DNA of 64,000 nucleotides, from the NCBI GenBank assembly GCA_963675755.2, contig CAXXMD010000003.1, positions 2,752,001-2,816,000 on the forward strand, written 5' to 3'. This DNA is from a bacterium (lineage in GTDB: Bacteria; Zhuqueibacterota; Zhuqueibacteria; Residuimicrobiales; Krinioviventaceae). Numbering within the stretch: the first letter of the stretch is position 1; each line of letters starts with the position of its first letter. This document shows, one piece after another, positions 40,812-50,674 of the stretch. Under the pieces are notes generated by a model, which worked only from the letters and a program-made list of their open reading frames with translations, did no database searches and was not told where the DNA came from. The translations under genes were made by a program, and so were the position numbers.

Positions 40812-40982
40812 TAGTCACTTAAACAGCAGATGTATGATTGAAAACCTTATTATTTCAAGTCTTTGTTTTTATTGGTTTTGTTTTGCTGGCTAGCCCCCGT
40901 TTGGCTGCCCTGTTTAGCTATTTGATAATATAAAGATATATAGTATGAAAAATTTGCGCAGTTGTCTAATTTTTTCAGAGTG

Positions 40983-41816
40983 CTACCATTTATAGCTTAA
41001 AGTGATTTGCGAATTCCCATTGGGACTGATTTCAGGTAACAGGCTGAAACTTGGGTTCGCTTTAGAAAAATCCGTAAACCATAATAAATCAGATTGGGTA
41101 TACAACCAGCATGCTGCAAATACAGATATGAGGATATTACGGTTCTTGTAGGCCGAGTTGTATGTATTGTACTGATCCTGAATGAGGTCAGGATTGGTCT
41201 CTGAAATATAGTCTTTGCGGGCTTTGCTGCAATCCTGTATCGAATAGACTGCGGCTGCAAATGTTATGGTATTAGCTCCTAAAAGAAACCACCCCTTTTT
41301 CGTTTGACCGTTGTGTATGTGTCCCCAGCCCGGTAAAATCATTGATCTTTTTAAACAACTGGTGATCTGGTTTGAATTGTTGATCCATTTAACAAGAGTA
41401 TCGGTTTTGGTTATGGTTTGTATGGTGGGTTTAACAGGTTCAGGCTCTTTTTCCTGTTCCTGTATTTGCATATTTTTAATTTCATTAAAAAAGGTAATGA
41501 TTTTAGGTGATATGGTTTTAGGATTAAGAGTAAAATCAGGATCGATTAAAAGAATAGCTTTGAAATCTTTTAATGCCTGGTCCATGTGCATCAAGGCGTA
41601 ATGGGATTGCGCGCGTAATTGTAAGACTGTAATTATCTGTTCCTGAGATAGATGTTCTTTGTGGCTGAGTAACTGGTCTGAATTTTCAATAGCCCTTGCA
41701 TATTCAAAGGATTTGAAATTTTGTTGAATGACATCAATTTCCGCATTGCCATATTGGCCAAATGCAGTTGATAAACATATGAAAAGTATGATAAAAACCC
41801 CTTTAACCATCCTCAT
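40983..41816 (-). CDS. TPR + DUF5683-like (LPGWG) exported/membrane protein
   Basis: Signal peptide, TPR-like helices ending IDPDF-x-L-x4-SPKI, SMILPGWGH-x3-G-x2-KKG. Confidence 0.7.
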   Translation of the reverse strand: MRMVKGVFIILFICLSTAFGQYGNAEIDVIQQNFKSFEYARAIENSDQLLSHKEHLSQEQIITVLQLRAQSHYALMHMDQALKDFKAILLIDPDFTLNPKTISPKIITFFNEIKNMQIQEQEKEPEPVKPTIQTITKTDTLVKWINNSNQITSCLKRSMILPGWGHIHNGQTKKGWFLLGANTITFAAAVYSIQDCSKARKDYISETNPDLIQDQYNTYNSAYKNRNILISVFAACWLYTQSDLLWFTDFSKANPSFSLLPEISPNGNSQITLSYKW

Positions 41817-43120
41817 TTTATCAGCACCATCTTTTTCATTTCTGTACCATAATCTGTTATCAACTGATAAAAGTAAACATCACTGCTGACGGGTGCATTG
41901 CTGTCATCCGTACCGTCCCAGGTTATTTGATGATATCCTGCCCCCATATTTCTATCAATCAGGGTTTTAACCAGCATGCCGCGTGTATTGTAAACAAGCA
42001 GGCGGGCATGTTGAGCTTTTAAAAGTTCGAATGATATTGATGTATTGCTGTTAAACGGATTCGGATAATTGTTGTTCAGAACCATGGTTGCGACTGGTTT
42101 TGACTCATCCTCAATAGTTGATGTCGTTCCATCCAGATTCATCTTTTCAATAAAAGGAACTGCCTTGTCATCACTGTCCAGACCACCAAAAACATATATA
42201 GTATTATTAAAATTGACGGCCATACATTCTTTGCGGGCATAGTTTAAAACAGAGCTTTTTTCTGACGCGTAACCAAATTGGGTAAGTGAGTAAACTTCTA
42301 CAGTGTCCATAGCAGCCAATGTCTCGTTAAAACCGCCAACCAAATAGATGCTTTGATCGGCCCCGGTTACTGCTGCGCCTCCTGCTCTGGCATCTGCCAT
42401 ATCCGGATAGATACGTTCATAACTTTCATCAACCAGATTGAATTTGTACACTCTTTTCGTAGGTACGAAAAAAACGCCGCCCAAAATAAACATATCCTGA
42501 TCAATTAATGCAACCATTTGATGATAAGGGATCTGTGTGTCAAAACTGCTATAAGCAAAAGCAAGAGGCGTTGAGGTTATACCTGCCAGATTGTATTTAA
42601 CCATATAGGGCATGGGGTTTTCTGTGTCAACTGCTCCGGAATATCCACCCAGGATGTATAATATATCTCCATAAACGGTGCCCGCTGAATTCACTCTGTT
42701 TGTAGAATCAGTAAAGCTGAGCAAGGATGAACTATAGTCAGAATATCGGATTTGTTCAAAGTTTTCGATTTTTGCCGTGTCTCCTGCAGTGCCGCCAAAT
42801 GCAATAATATCATTATGATAGGTGCTTGCAACAAAGCCGGAACGTGGGTATTGCATGTGACCTGTAATTGTCCATGTTTCATCAACAGGATTGTAAACCT
42901 GGATTGTATCAGTAGGGAGTCCGGTAGATGCCGAGTTGCCGCCCATGATAACTATTTTAGAATCCACTACCAGAGCCTGGCCGTTGTAAACCGGAAAAGG
43001 CATTTCGCCTTCAACTATCCAGCCGCTTGTTTTAGGAATTGCCGGTTGTATCGATACAACCAGTAAAAGCAGCAAGAGCATTAATTTTATTTTTGTATAT
43101 CGTTTCATAACACCATTCAC
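41813..43120 (-). CDS. Kelch-repeat protein with CTD
   Basis: Six hydrophobic-GG kelch blades; NYPNPFN tail. Confidence 0.88.
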   Translation of the reverse strand: MNGVMKRYTKIKLMLLLLLLVVSIQPAIPKTSGWIVEGEMPFPVYNGQALVVDSKIVIMGGNSASTGLPTDTIQVYNPVDETWTITGHMQYPRSGFVASTYHNDIIAFGGTAGDTAKIENFEQIRYSDYSSSLLSFTDSTNRVNSAGTVYGDILYILGGYSGAVDTENPMPYMVKYNLAGITSTPLAFAYSSFDTQIPYHQMVALIDQDMFILGGVFFVPTKRVYKFNLVDESYERIYPDMADARAGGAAVTGADQSIYLVGGFNETLAAMDTVEVYSLTQFGYASEKSSVLNYARKECMAVNFNNTIYVFGGLDSDDKAVPFIEKMNLDGTTSTIEDESKPVATMVLNNNYPNPFNSNTSISFELLKAQHARLLVYNTRGMLVKTLIDRNMGAGYHQITWDGTDDSNAPVSSDVYFYQLITDYGTEMKKMVLIK

Positions 43121-43161
43121 TTTTATATCAACTCGTACAAAAACTGTACCGCAATTGTGTA

Positions 43162-44748
43162 TTAATTTCCGGTTACGAGATGTTCAAAATTGAGTTGATA
43201 GATCAAGGTTTCCTTTTTTGCAATGTGAATAATTTCCTGTACAGATTGGTAATTGTTGTTTTTTACTACGAGTGTATGTGAACCGGGTGCAAGACGTGCA
43301 TAATCCTGCAGCGGGGTTTGTCCAATAAATTTATCATTAATGTAAATATCACCCCAGGGATATAGCTTGCATTGAAAATATCCGCAAAGGGTGTCAAGAT
43401 CAATGGCGATTGTTCTTTTAATTTGGGGCTCTATGTCTATGATCTGTTCATAATCCGGGTATTCCGGGTGTTTGAGTGCAAGTGTATGCTTGCCCGGTAA
43501 AATAGCTATATCATTCTCGAGGGGGGTGGTATCAATATATTTAGAGTCTATCCAAACCTGTGCCCAGGGACTGCATTGAATTTCAATACTGCCGGGGAGG
43601 TTTGATATTTCAGATTGCGTATTTGTCGCTGCTATATCTTCCGGTTTCTCGTTCGTCAAGGTTTGTGGTGGTGTATCTGTGGGTTGTATTGTCAAAGTGT
43701 TAGACGCTGTCGTCAGAGAATCCTGATTCAACTCTACACTATCCGGATTAGTGGCGGTTGGTGGAGTTGTCTGGTTTTGTGCCAACTCGTTAGTGCTATC
43801 GGAACGATTACTTTTCTGCTGCCATAAAAATATAAAAGAGGATACGGATACAAGGATTAATATAATAATAACAAGCCGATAACTGTTACTTATTTTAGGG
43901 GAGAGCGGTGCAGCGACCGGTACGGCTTTGACCGGTTCATGGTCCATAGCTTGCAGGACCTCTTGCGCGGAACCCGGTCTGTTTGCGGCAGCTTTGTTTA
44001 ATAGCCGGATCACATTATGGCGAAAATCGTCTGAAATATCTGCAACGGGACCCAGTTCAGGGGTGCAGGAATTGCTGATAATGTTGTTCAGTGTCTTTCC
44101 GGCATCCTGTCCCAGAAATGGATTCTTGCCGGTAATGAGCTCGTAACCGAGTATGCCGAGTGAAAACAGGTCTGTAGATGGAGTAAGCGATTCACCGCGT
44201 ATCTGCTCCGGTGACATGTAACCCGGTGTACCTACAATGGATTCCTGCTGGGTAGCGTGGGGTTCGTCTTTGACTAATGCCAGACCAAAATCTGCGATTT
44301 TGACTTGACCGATATCATCTACCAGTACATTTTCCGGTTTAATATCCCGATGGATTATATTCAACCGGTGCGCGGCATCCAGACCGCGGAGAATGCCGAT
44401 GAAAATGTTTTCCTTGTCCTGCGGTGTTAAATCTCCCTTGCGCAAAACCTTGCGAAGGTCCTGGCTGGGGAAATATTCAAAAGAGATGTAGAACCAGTTT
44501 TGATAGGTTCCAAAATCAAAAACACGGATGATATTGGGATGTTCAAGCCGGGCAAGCAGGCGTGCCTCGCGACGAAATCGGTCCAGAATTGCCGGATTTG
44601 CCAGATTTTCCTGATTCAGGGTTTTTAGAAATATCTTTTTACCCAGATAAATATGGTCTGCTATATAGATTCCGGTATTGCTGTCTTTTTTGACGCAGGA
44701 TAATACCTGAAATTTTTCAAACAATATGTCATTCTGTTGATCTGGCAT
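43162..44748 (-). CDS. Membrane Hanks-type Ser/Thr protein kinase with C-terminal PEGA-like domains
   Basis: HRDIKPEN, DFG, GTPGYMSPE; TM helix; S/T/P-rich linker; two PW-x2-(V/I)-x-I...G-x-TP..GxH PEGA-like repeats. Confidence 0.92.
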   Translation of the reverse strand: MPDQQNDILFEKFQVLSCVKKDSNTGIYIADHIYLGKKIFLKTLNQENLANPAILDRFRREARLLARLEHPNIIRVFDFGTYQNWFYISFEYFPSQDLRKVLRKGDLTPQDKENIFIGILRGLDAAHRLNIIHRDIKPENVLVDDIGQVKIADFGLALVKDEPHATQQESIVGTPGYMSPEQIRGESLTPSTDLFSLGILGYELITGKNPFLGQDAGKTLNNIISNSCTPELGPVADISDDFRHNVIRLLNKAAANRPGSAQEVLQAMDHEPVKAVPVAAPLSPKISNSYRLVIIILILVSVSSFIFLWQQKSNRSDSTNELAQNQTTPPTATNPDSVELNQDSLTTASNTLTIQPTDTPPQTLTNEKPEDIAATNTQSEISNLPGSIEIQCSPWAQVWIDSKYIDTTPLENDIAILPGKHTLALKHPEYPDYEQIIDIEPQIKRTIAIDLDTLCGYFQCKLYPWGDIYINDKFIGQTPLQDYARLAPGSHTLVVKNNNYQSVQEIIHIAKKETLIYQLNFEHLVTGN

Positions 44749-44761
44749 GTGGTGATTCGTA

Positions 44762-46267
44762 TTATAGGTCCTGCTGTTCTTCTATTTCTTTTAATTTCAT
44801 TTGTACCCAGCGTACGGATACACCCAGCGATTTGGCGGTTTGCGTGCGGTTGTCGTCATATTCTTGCAAGCGTTTAAGCAGCAAAAGCTTTTCAAAATCT
44901 TTGATGCTGCCTGAAAAATCGGTGAGTTGGTTATCATCTTCAAAAATGATATGGTCTGGCTGCAGTTCGGAACCGTCACACATGATGAGCGCGCGCTGTA
45001 ATATGTTCTCAAGCTGGCGAACATTACCCGGCCAGTTGTAGCTTTCAAGCTTTTGCAGTGCTTTGGCAGAGATTTTGACCTTTTTGTCCGTATGTTTACT
45101 GATCAGATGCGATGCCAATAACGCAATGTCTGTTCTTCGCTCTCGTAAAGGAGGTAACACGATTGGAAATACATTGAGCCGGTAAAACAGATCTTGTCTG
45201 AATTTGCCCTGTGATACCAGCTGTTTGAGATCGCGGTTGGTTGCGGCAATAATACGTACATCCACTTTTTTAACCTGGGTGTCGCCCACGCGAATGATCT
45301 CCTGGTTCTGAATGACTCGCAGCAGCTTGGCCTGGGTAGACATGGAGATGTCTCCAATCTCGTCCAGAAAGAAAGTGCCGCCGGTTGCTACTTCAAACAA
45401 TCCTTTTTTATCGGTAGTAGCACCAGAGAATGCGCCTTTTTTGTATCCAAATAATTCGCTTTCAAGCAGGGTGTCTGGTATAGAGCCACAGAACTGTGCA
45501 ATATAGGGTTTGTTTTTGCGTTTACTGAGTGTATGGATTGCACGTGCTGCCAGATCTTTACCGGTACCGCTTTCGCCCAATAACAATACGGTTGCATCAG
45601 TAGCTGCAACACGATGGATGAGGTTGGCGGATTTTTGGATCTCTTTACTTTTCCCAATCATATTGGGGATCTCGGTAAAGGCTTCTACCTGTTTTTTGAG
45701 CAGCCGGTTTTCATCGCTCAGGTTTTCCAGCTTTTCAAGTTTTTCAAGTGAAAGGGATACCAGGTTGGCAAGAAATTCCAGAAACTGTAAATTTTCTTCG
45801 GTAAAGTTTTTGCGGTCTGCCTGACTGTCTGCAACGATTACACCCCATAACGAGGTTCCGATCATGATGGGCACACCAATAACAGACTGTATTTTATGAA
45901 TTTGTATGCTTTCAAACTGGGATATGCTGGGATTGCTTTGCACATCGTGATATAAACAGGATTTCTTGCTGTCTAGTACCTTGTTTAATATACCGGAAGA
46001 GAATTCCGAAAGATCATGGATATCCTGCTGGGCGATGTTGCGTGCGGCAATACACAGAAAGGATTCCGATTGATGTTCATATTGCGCTATCAGTGCGCGC
46101 TCTGCATTCATAACTTTGACAACCAGATCCAGCAGATCAGAAGTAAGGTTTTCCTGCACTTCGGAGCCGTTCAATAACTGACTGATTTGATACAGCGCGT
46201 CAAACTGGTCTTTGTGTATTTGTCCTAATTTTCCAAGATCGGGTTGTGTGTTTAATGTATTTGTCAT
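44762..46267 (-). CDS. GAF-domain sigma54-dependent transcriptional activator
   Basis: GESGTGKD, GAFSGA, FFLDEI, RQDLFYRL, WPGNVRQL, C-terminal HTH; start ATG 46267 overlaps upstream stop (TAATG). Confidence 0.93.
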   Translation of the reverse strand: MTNTLNTQPDLGKLGQIHKDQFDALYQISQLLNGSEVQENLTSDLLDLVVKVMNAERALIAQYEHQSESFLCIAARNIAQQDIHDLSEFSSGILNKVLDSKKSCLYHDVQSNPSISQFESIQIHKIQSVIGVPIMIGTSLWGVIVADSQADRKNFTEENLQFLEFLANLVSLSLEKLEKLENLSDENRLLKKQVEAFTEIPNMIGKSKEIQKSANLIHRVAATDATVLLLGESGTGKDLAARAIHTLSKRKNKPYIAQFCGSIPDTLLESELFGYKKGAFSGATTDKKGLFEVATGGTFFLDEIGDISMSTQAKLLRVIQNQEIIRVGDTQVKKVDVRIIAATNRDLKQLVSQGKFRQDLFYRLNVFPIVLPPLRERRTDIALLASHLISKHTDKKVKISAKALQKLESYNWPGNVRQLENILQRALIMCDGSELQPDHIIFEDDNQLTDFSGSIKDFEKLLLLKRLQEYDDNRTQTAKSLGVSVRWVQMKLKEIEEQQDL

Positions 46268-47253
46268 TAGTGTACCACCGTAAAAGATGCGGGTTTTGAA
46301 CGGGACTGGTTTTGAAACGGATCTATACACCAGATCCACCAATAATAATCACCTTCTGGTAATGCAACATCGACCTGTGCAGACGTATTGTCTGAAGAAA
46401 TGTTGTTTTTTGACCAGACAAGGGTTCTCTCGTAATCGTATTTATAAACTTCAATATTGAGATGATAATCAAAGCCGGGCTCAAAAAGCTCCCATTCAAG
46501 AAGTGGATTTTTGCCCACTTCTTTATTGGCGGTGGGATTGGTTAACGTGATCTGGTCCAGAATGGTGCGAATGGCCCTGCCATTACCCAAATGTATAGTA
46601 TGGTTGTATCTGTCTTTGACATAAACGCCAAAGGTATAGCCAACGATCTGACGTATAGAGCCTACGTTTAAATCTGACGCTATAAATTCGTCTTCGAACA
46701 AGCGTATAGAGTGATCGTATGTTAATTGTCTTTTTAGCCCCCAATAGTCATTTTGGATATAGATGGAATCAATATCATTGTCCTGGTCTGTTATTCCAAC
46801 GGAAACGATTAAAGACATATCCTGAATTGCGGGGAACGAGTTGACTACCTTTGTGTAAAAAATAAGGCTGTCTGTTTGTGGAAAAGCGTTCAGATTCACA
46901 TCAATGTCATAGCGGCTGTCCGCGGACCAGGATACACTCACGGTATCCGGCATATAGCCGTCTTTGGTGAAAACCAGGTTGCCCTGGCGGGGCAATATGT
47001 TGCGAATGTTGAATTTTCCAAACTTGTTGGTTTTGACCAGTACATTGTCAGTTGCCCAGTAAACACTTGCATTGTCAAGGGGAGCGGGTGGAACGCTCAG
47101 GGTTTTGACAGTACCTGTGATCTCACCCAGGTCATTGTCCGGATTTTCGGGATCAAAGGGATTTTCGCGCGGAGCATTGCACTGTATGAATAGCAAACAT
47201 ACCAGGATTGCAATCCGTTTGAATGAGAATTTTTTTGAGATCAATGCTGTCAT
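46267..47253 (-). CDS. Putative lipoprotein with carboxypeptidase-regulatory-like and Ig-like domains
   Basis: LLFIQC lipobox-like, APRENPFDP, KDGY, YYWWIW. Confidence 0.72.
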   Translation of the reverse strand: MTALISKKFSFKRIAILVCLLFIQCNAPRENPFDPENPDNDLGEITGTVKTLSVPPAPLDNASVYWATDNVLVKTNKFGKFNIRNILPRQGNLVFTKDGYMPDTVSVSWSADSRYDIDVNLNAFPQTDSLIFYTKVVNSFPAIQDMSLIVSVGITDQDNDIDSIYIQNDYWGLKRQLTYDHSIRLFEDEFIASDLNVGSIRQIVGYTFGVYVKDRYNHTIHLGNGRAIRTILDQITLTNPTANKEVGKNPLLEWELFEPGFDYHLNIEVYKYDYERTLVWSKNNISSDNTSAQVDVALPEGDYYWWIWCIDPFQNQSRSKPASFTVVH

Positions 47254-47496
47254 ATTTATCGTTCGATTGTTGGGAATGTCCCAAGATACTGAAAAAAGTA
47301 AATTTCTCCTAATGAAATAAAGCCACCCTCCGGTTCAAATTAAAAAAAAATACGGGAAAAGTAAAGGATTTTGAAGAGAAAAAGAATGAAATATGAGGTT
47401 AAAATTTTTTAAATTTAAGCATATGGATTTTATAAATTATTAACAAACAGGGGAACCTGTGGTCAACGTTGTACGTTAATATTTTGACCAAACACC

Positions 47497-48159
47497 ATGG
47501 GATATTTTAACAATCCATATTACCTGCATAACAGAGGGGAATTTATGAAAAAGCAGTATGGCTTTTATGTGATTATTGTGCTGATTTTATTTTGCGGTCA
47601 TGCGAGATCAATGGAATTGGGAGTGATAGGCGGGCCCAACGTAGAACGTACAGCCTCTGAAAAATTTACGCCGGAATTTAATTCATATCCAATAAATTAT
47701 GCAGCCGGATTTTATGGAGAATGGCCGTTTTATAAGCGTTTGACTATTTATTCCGAGCTGGCCTATGCTGAATATGCATCAAATTATGAATACGTCTGTT
47801 CCTGTGAATGGCCTGTCGAGTCCACAAGGAGGATACGGTTTTTATCTGTACCATTGATATTCAAGTTTACGGATGATAACGGTGTATATTTTAATTTTGG
47901 TTTATCGTTACATTATAATTTTGAGAAAAAACGTAATACTACCGTAGGTTTGCATTCATACGTTTTTACGGTTTACAATGAAATGGATACTTTACTCAAT
48001 CTCGGTCTGGGGAAACAGTTTTATGACAAGCGGTTACCAGTCCGTTTTGAATTGCGTGCTTCCCGCGGCAGTATGGGACTGTTTGAGACCCGCGGAGACG
48101 ATTGGGACTACTGGCAATACCAGATTCTTTTTGGTGTTGCGTTGTGGGAGCGTGATTGA
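47497..48159 (+). CDS. Outer-membrane beta-barrel protein (PorT/OmpA-like 8-strand family)
   Basis: Signal peptide (probable start MKKQ), GVIGGPN, SELAY, LSVPL-x2-K. Confidence 0.7.
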   Translation: MGYFNNPYYLHNRGEFMKKQYGFYVIIVLILFCGHARSMELGVIGGPNVERTASEKFTPEFNSYPINYAAGFYGEWPFYKRLTIYSELAYAEYASNYEYVCSCEWPVESTRRIRFLSVPLIFKFTDDNGVYFNFGLSLHYNFEKKRNTTVGLHSYVFTVYNEMDTLLNLGLGKQFYDKRLPVRFELRASRGSMGLFETRGDDWDYWQYQILFGVALWERD

Positions 48160-48557
48160 TTGTACAAATTGGGTCTATTGGTTCTGTTAAAGGATTATTA
48201 TCGGACCAATAAAAGGAGTACAGTCCGTTTATGGACTGTGTGTCCACCGTCAGGTAGGCAATTTTTGGGTGTTAGCATATGGGGCTAAAATCGACATGGC
48301 TTTTGTTTTACATCAAATGTATGATTGTAAGCATGTTTATAGTCAGCGTTTAAAATATCAATGTCCGAGACAGGCGTTTCGTGCTGAGTAAAGATTCATT
48401 AAATATTGAACTTGTTCCCCAATAATCTTTTGGTAAAATCAAACCAACACGGGAATTGATATTATTATTTGTAAATTGATTGGATTTTTTTAAATTGACA
48501 TGGGTGGTCATTGAGGAATTATACCGCAAATAATATATAAATTGAGGAACCCTGTAG

Positions 48558-49250
48558 ATGAAATTCAAGCTATTGGTATGCATTTGTGTTTTGTTGGCTG
48601 GTCAGATTGGCGCATCTCCCTTTTCCAATATGTATATTTATTTGGGGCAGAATCTGTCTTCATTTCAGGATGAGGCAAGCAAGAGTTCGTTTAGCAGTTG
48701 TATTGGTGTTGGCTATAATTTAAAGACGTTCCAACGGACAAGCCTTGCAGTTGAATTGTTTTTAACGAATAAGGACGCAAAATTAAAAAATAAACATATT
48801 CAGGGAGCATTTGAATCCACCCGATATAACACTGTGTATGATATAAATTGCTCTGTGGGCTCGATTGATATACCTATCATCTTGAAATATAATATACCTT
48901 TTACAAAACAGTTACATTTTAATGTTTTGTCTGGCCTCCAATACAGTCAAAATATTACGGATGGGGCTGATATGAGTATGCCATATTCAGTTGGGATACG
49001 AGATGAAAATGAGCCTCATGTATATGATTACACGCTTTATCCTGATCGGGACAAGTATTATATTTTTGAAAATAGAGGATTTGGATTGCTTCTTGGCTTT
49101 TCAATGGATGTATTGGTTTTGACGTTCCAGGCCCGTTATGTGCATTCATTAAATTATACGTTCCATACTGTTAATTATATAGAGATCAATGAAAAAATGA
49201 ACACGCTTTATTTGACTGTGGGTATCGATTTGGGGAAAATGAAATTTTAA
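48558..49250 (+). CDS. Outer-membrane beta-barrel protein (PorT-like family)
   Basis: Signal peptide, G-x-NLS, IDIPIILKY, ARY, LTVG. Confidence 0.72.
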   Translation: MKFKLLVCICVLLAGQIGASPFSNMYIYLGQNLSSFQDEASKSSFSSCIGVGYNLKTFQRTSLAVELFLTNKDAKLKNKHIQGAFESTRYNTVYDINCSVGSIDIPIILKYNIPFTKQLHFNVLSGLQYSQNITDGADMSMPYSVGIRDENEPHVYDYTLYPDRDKYYIFENRGFGLLLGFSMDVLVLTFQARYVHSLNYTFHTVNYIEINEKMNTLYLTVGIDLGKMKF

Positions 49251-49317
49251 ATCACGCAATTTTTTATCGGCTTACGAAAGAGCTTGAAAAATGCTTTATC
49301 GTGTAATGATGATTCCG

Positions 49318-49368
49318 CGGGACGGATGTCCCGTACATATATTCCGAGATGCAGTAATCCGCATCTCG
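49318..49368. repeat. Two tandem hairpins between convergent genes (REP-like or terminators)
   Basis: cgggac-ggat-gtcccg(tac) and cgagatgc-N8-gcatctcg. Confidence 0.5.
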
Positions 49369-49393
49369 ATCAATTTATATTGGGGAAAAGTGG

Positions 49394-49972
49394 TTATTTG
49401 ATGAGTTTTGAAATCTGTTTAAACTCGTCCGTGCCCGAGGTATAGAGCAGTTCAAACAATGCCATTTCGGTGGTGGTTACCGTTATTTTTTGCTGGCGCA
49501 TACGGTCGAGGGCCGTGTCATGATCTAGGGGTTTGCGCGAGGTTACCGCGTCTGCGCAAACGGCCACCTGCATTCCAAAATATTTTAATTCCAGTGCGGA
49601 CTGCATAACACAGACGTGTGTTTCTATACCGGCAATAACGATCTGGTGAATACCCTGACTCTCTATGTCACGAACCAGGTCATGTTGTCCACAAACGGAA
49701 AACGTGCTTTTTTCATAGGCTTTCCGTTCACCCATCAGTTTGAGCAGGGCGGGTTCCATGGGTCCCAATCCTTTCGGATATTGTTCGGTAAAAAATACAG
49801 GCAGGTTGAGAATGTCAAAGCCTTGTATCAACAGGGAGGTACGGTCAATTACAGCCTGACGCTGCTGCATGACCTGTGCAATGCGCTCCTGAATATCAAT
49901 GACCAACAGGGCGCTTTGCTTACGGTCTTGTAAATTGGGGTGCCGGGTCATTTCGTCGAATCCCCATTTCAA
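49394..49972 (-). CDS. Isochorismatase-family hydrolase (YcaC-like)
   Basis: LLVIDIQE, TEQYPKGLG, K-x2-FS, GIETHVCV; start may be ATG 49951. Confidence 0.93.
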   Translation of the reverse strand: MKWGFDEMTRHPNLQDRKQSALLVIDIQERIAQVMQQRQAVIDRTSLLIQGFDILNLPVFFTEQYPKGLGPMEPALLKLMGERKAYEKSTFSVCGQHDLVRDIESQGIHQIVIAGIETHVCVMQSALELKYFGMQVAVCADAVTSRKPLDHDTALDRMRQQKITVTTTEMALFELLYTSGTDEFKQISKLIK

Positions 49973-50442
49973 AATTCAATATCCACAACTTTGTATTCAA
50001 TTTTACCGGCGGGTATTTTGATTTCCACTACATCGCCAACCTCTTTACCGATGAGTGCTTTGCCTACCGGAGAATCTACGGAAATGGCATCCAGATCAGA
50101 GCTGTTAAACTCGGCGGTGGGAACAAGCTGGTAAACGATCTCTTCATCGGTACCGGCTTCAATCAGTTTGACCGTACAGCCTACAAGAACGCGGCTGTTG
50201 CTCATCATTTCTTCGGTTAAAACCCGCGCGCGGGATAATGTTTCTTCAAGACGAGCAATTTTACCTTCAATCAGGGCCTGTTTTTCTTTGGCGGCCGCGT
50301 ATTCGGCATTTTCTTTTAAATCTCCATGATCACGTGCGTCAGAAATTGCCTGAATGACCTCTTTGCGGTCAACACGTTTCATTTGGTCAAGCTCGGCTTT
50401 CAATTTATCAAATTGTTCCTGAGATAAATACATAGCCTTCAT
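49969..50442 (-). CDS. greA: Transcription elongation factor GreA
   Basis: ARDHGDLKENAEY, IS-x-DSPVGKALIG. Confidence 0.97.
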   Translation of the reverse strand: MKAMYLSQEQFDKLKAELDQMKRVDRKEVIQAISDARDHGDLKENAEYAAAKEKQALIEGKIARLEETLSRARVLTEEMMSNSRVLVGCTVKLIEAGTDEEIVYQLVPTAEFNSSDLDAISVDSPVGKALIGKEVGDVVEIKIPAGKIEYKVVDIEF

Positions 50443-50503
50443 ATCAGATTCCTTTTTTGTTTACACCCAGTTTTCTATTATTAAAAATTCAATTTCGAAA
50501 ATA

Positions 50504-50549
50504 TAAAAAAACAAACCGGGTCACAAGAATTCTTGTAAACCCGGTTTGT
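50504..50549 (-). terminator. Intrinsic terminator in the greA 5' leader
   Basis: ACAAACCGGGT...ACCCGGTTTGT followed by TTTTT, between promoter and ATG. Confidence 0.7.
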
Positions 50550-50556
50550 CTTGTAT

Positions 50557-50585
50557 AAACTACAAAAAACAGAGCATCTTGTCAA
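50557..50585 (-). promoter_or_regulatory. Sigma70 promoter of greA
   Basis: TTGACA-17 nt-TAGTTT. Confidence 0.7.
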
Positions 50586-50674
50586 GGAAAATCGACCAAG
50601 TTCATAATTTTTATGAATTTCCTTGTTTATTTTTACTAAAGTCTTATATTGTGCAAAAAACAGGAGTCTAATGA

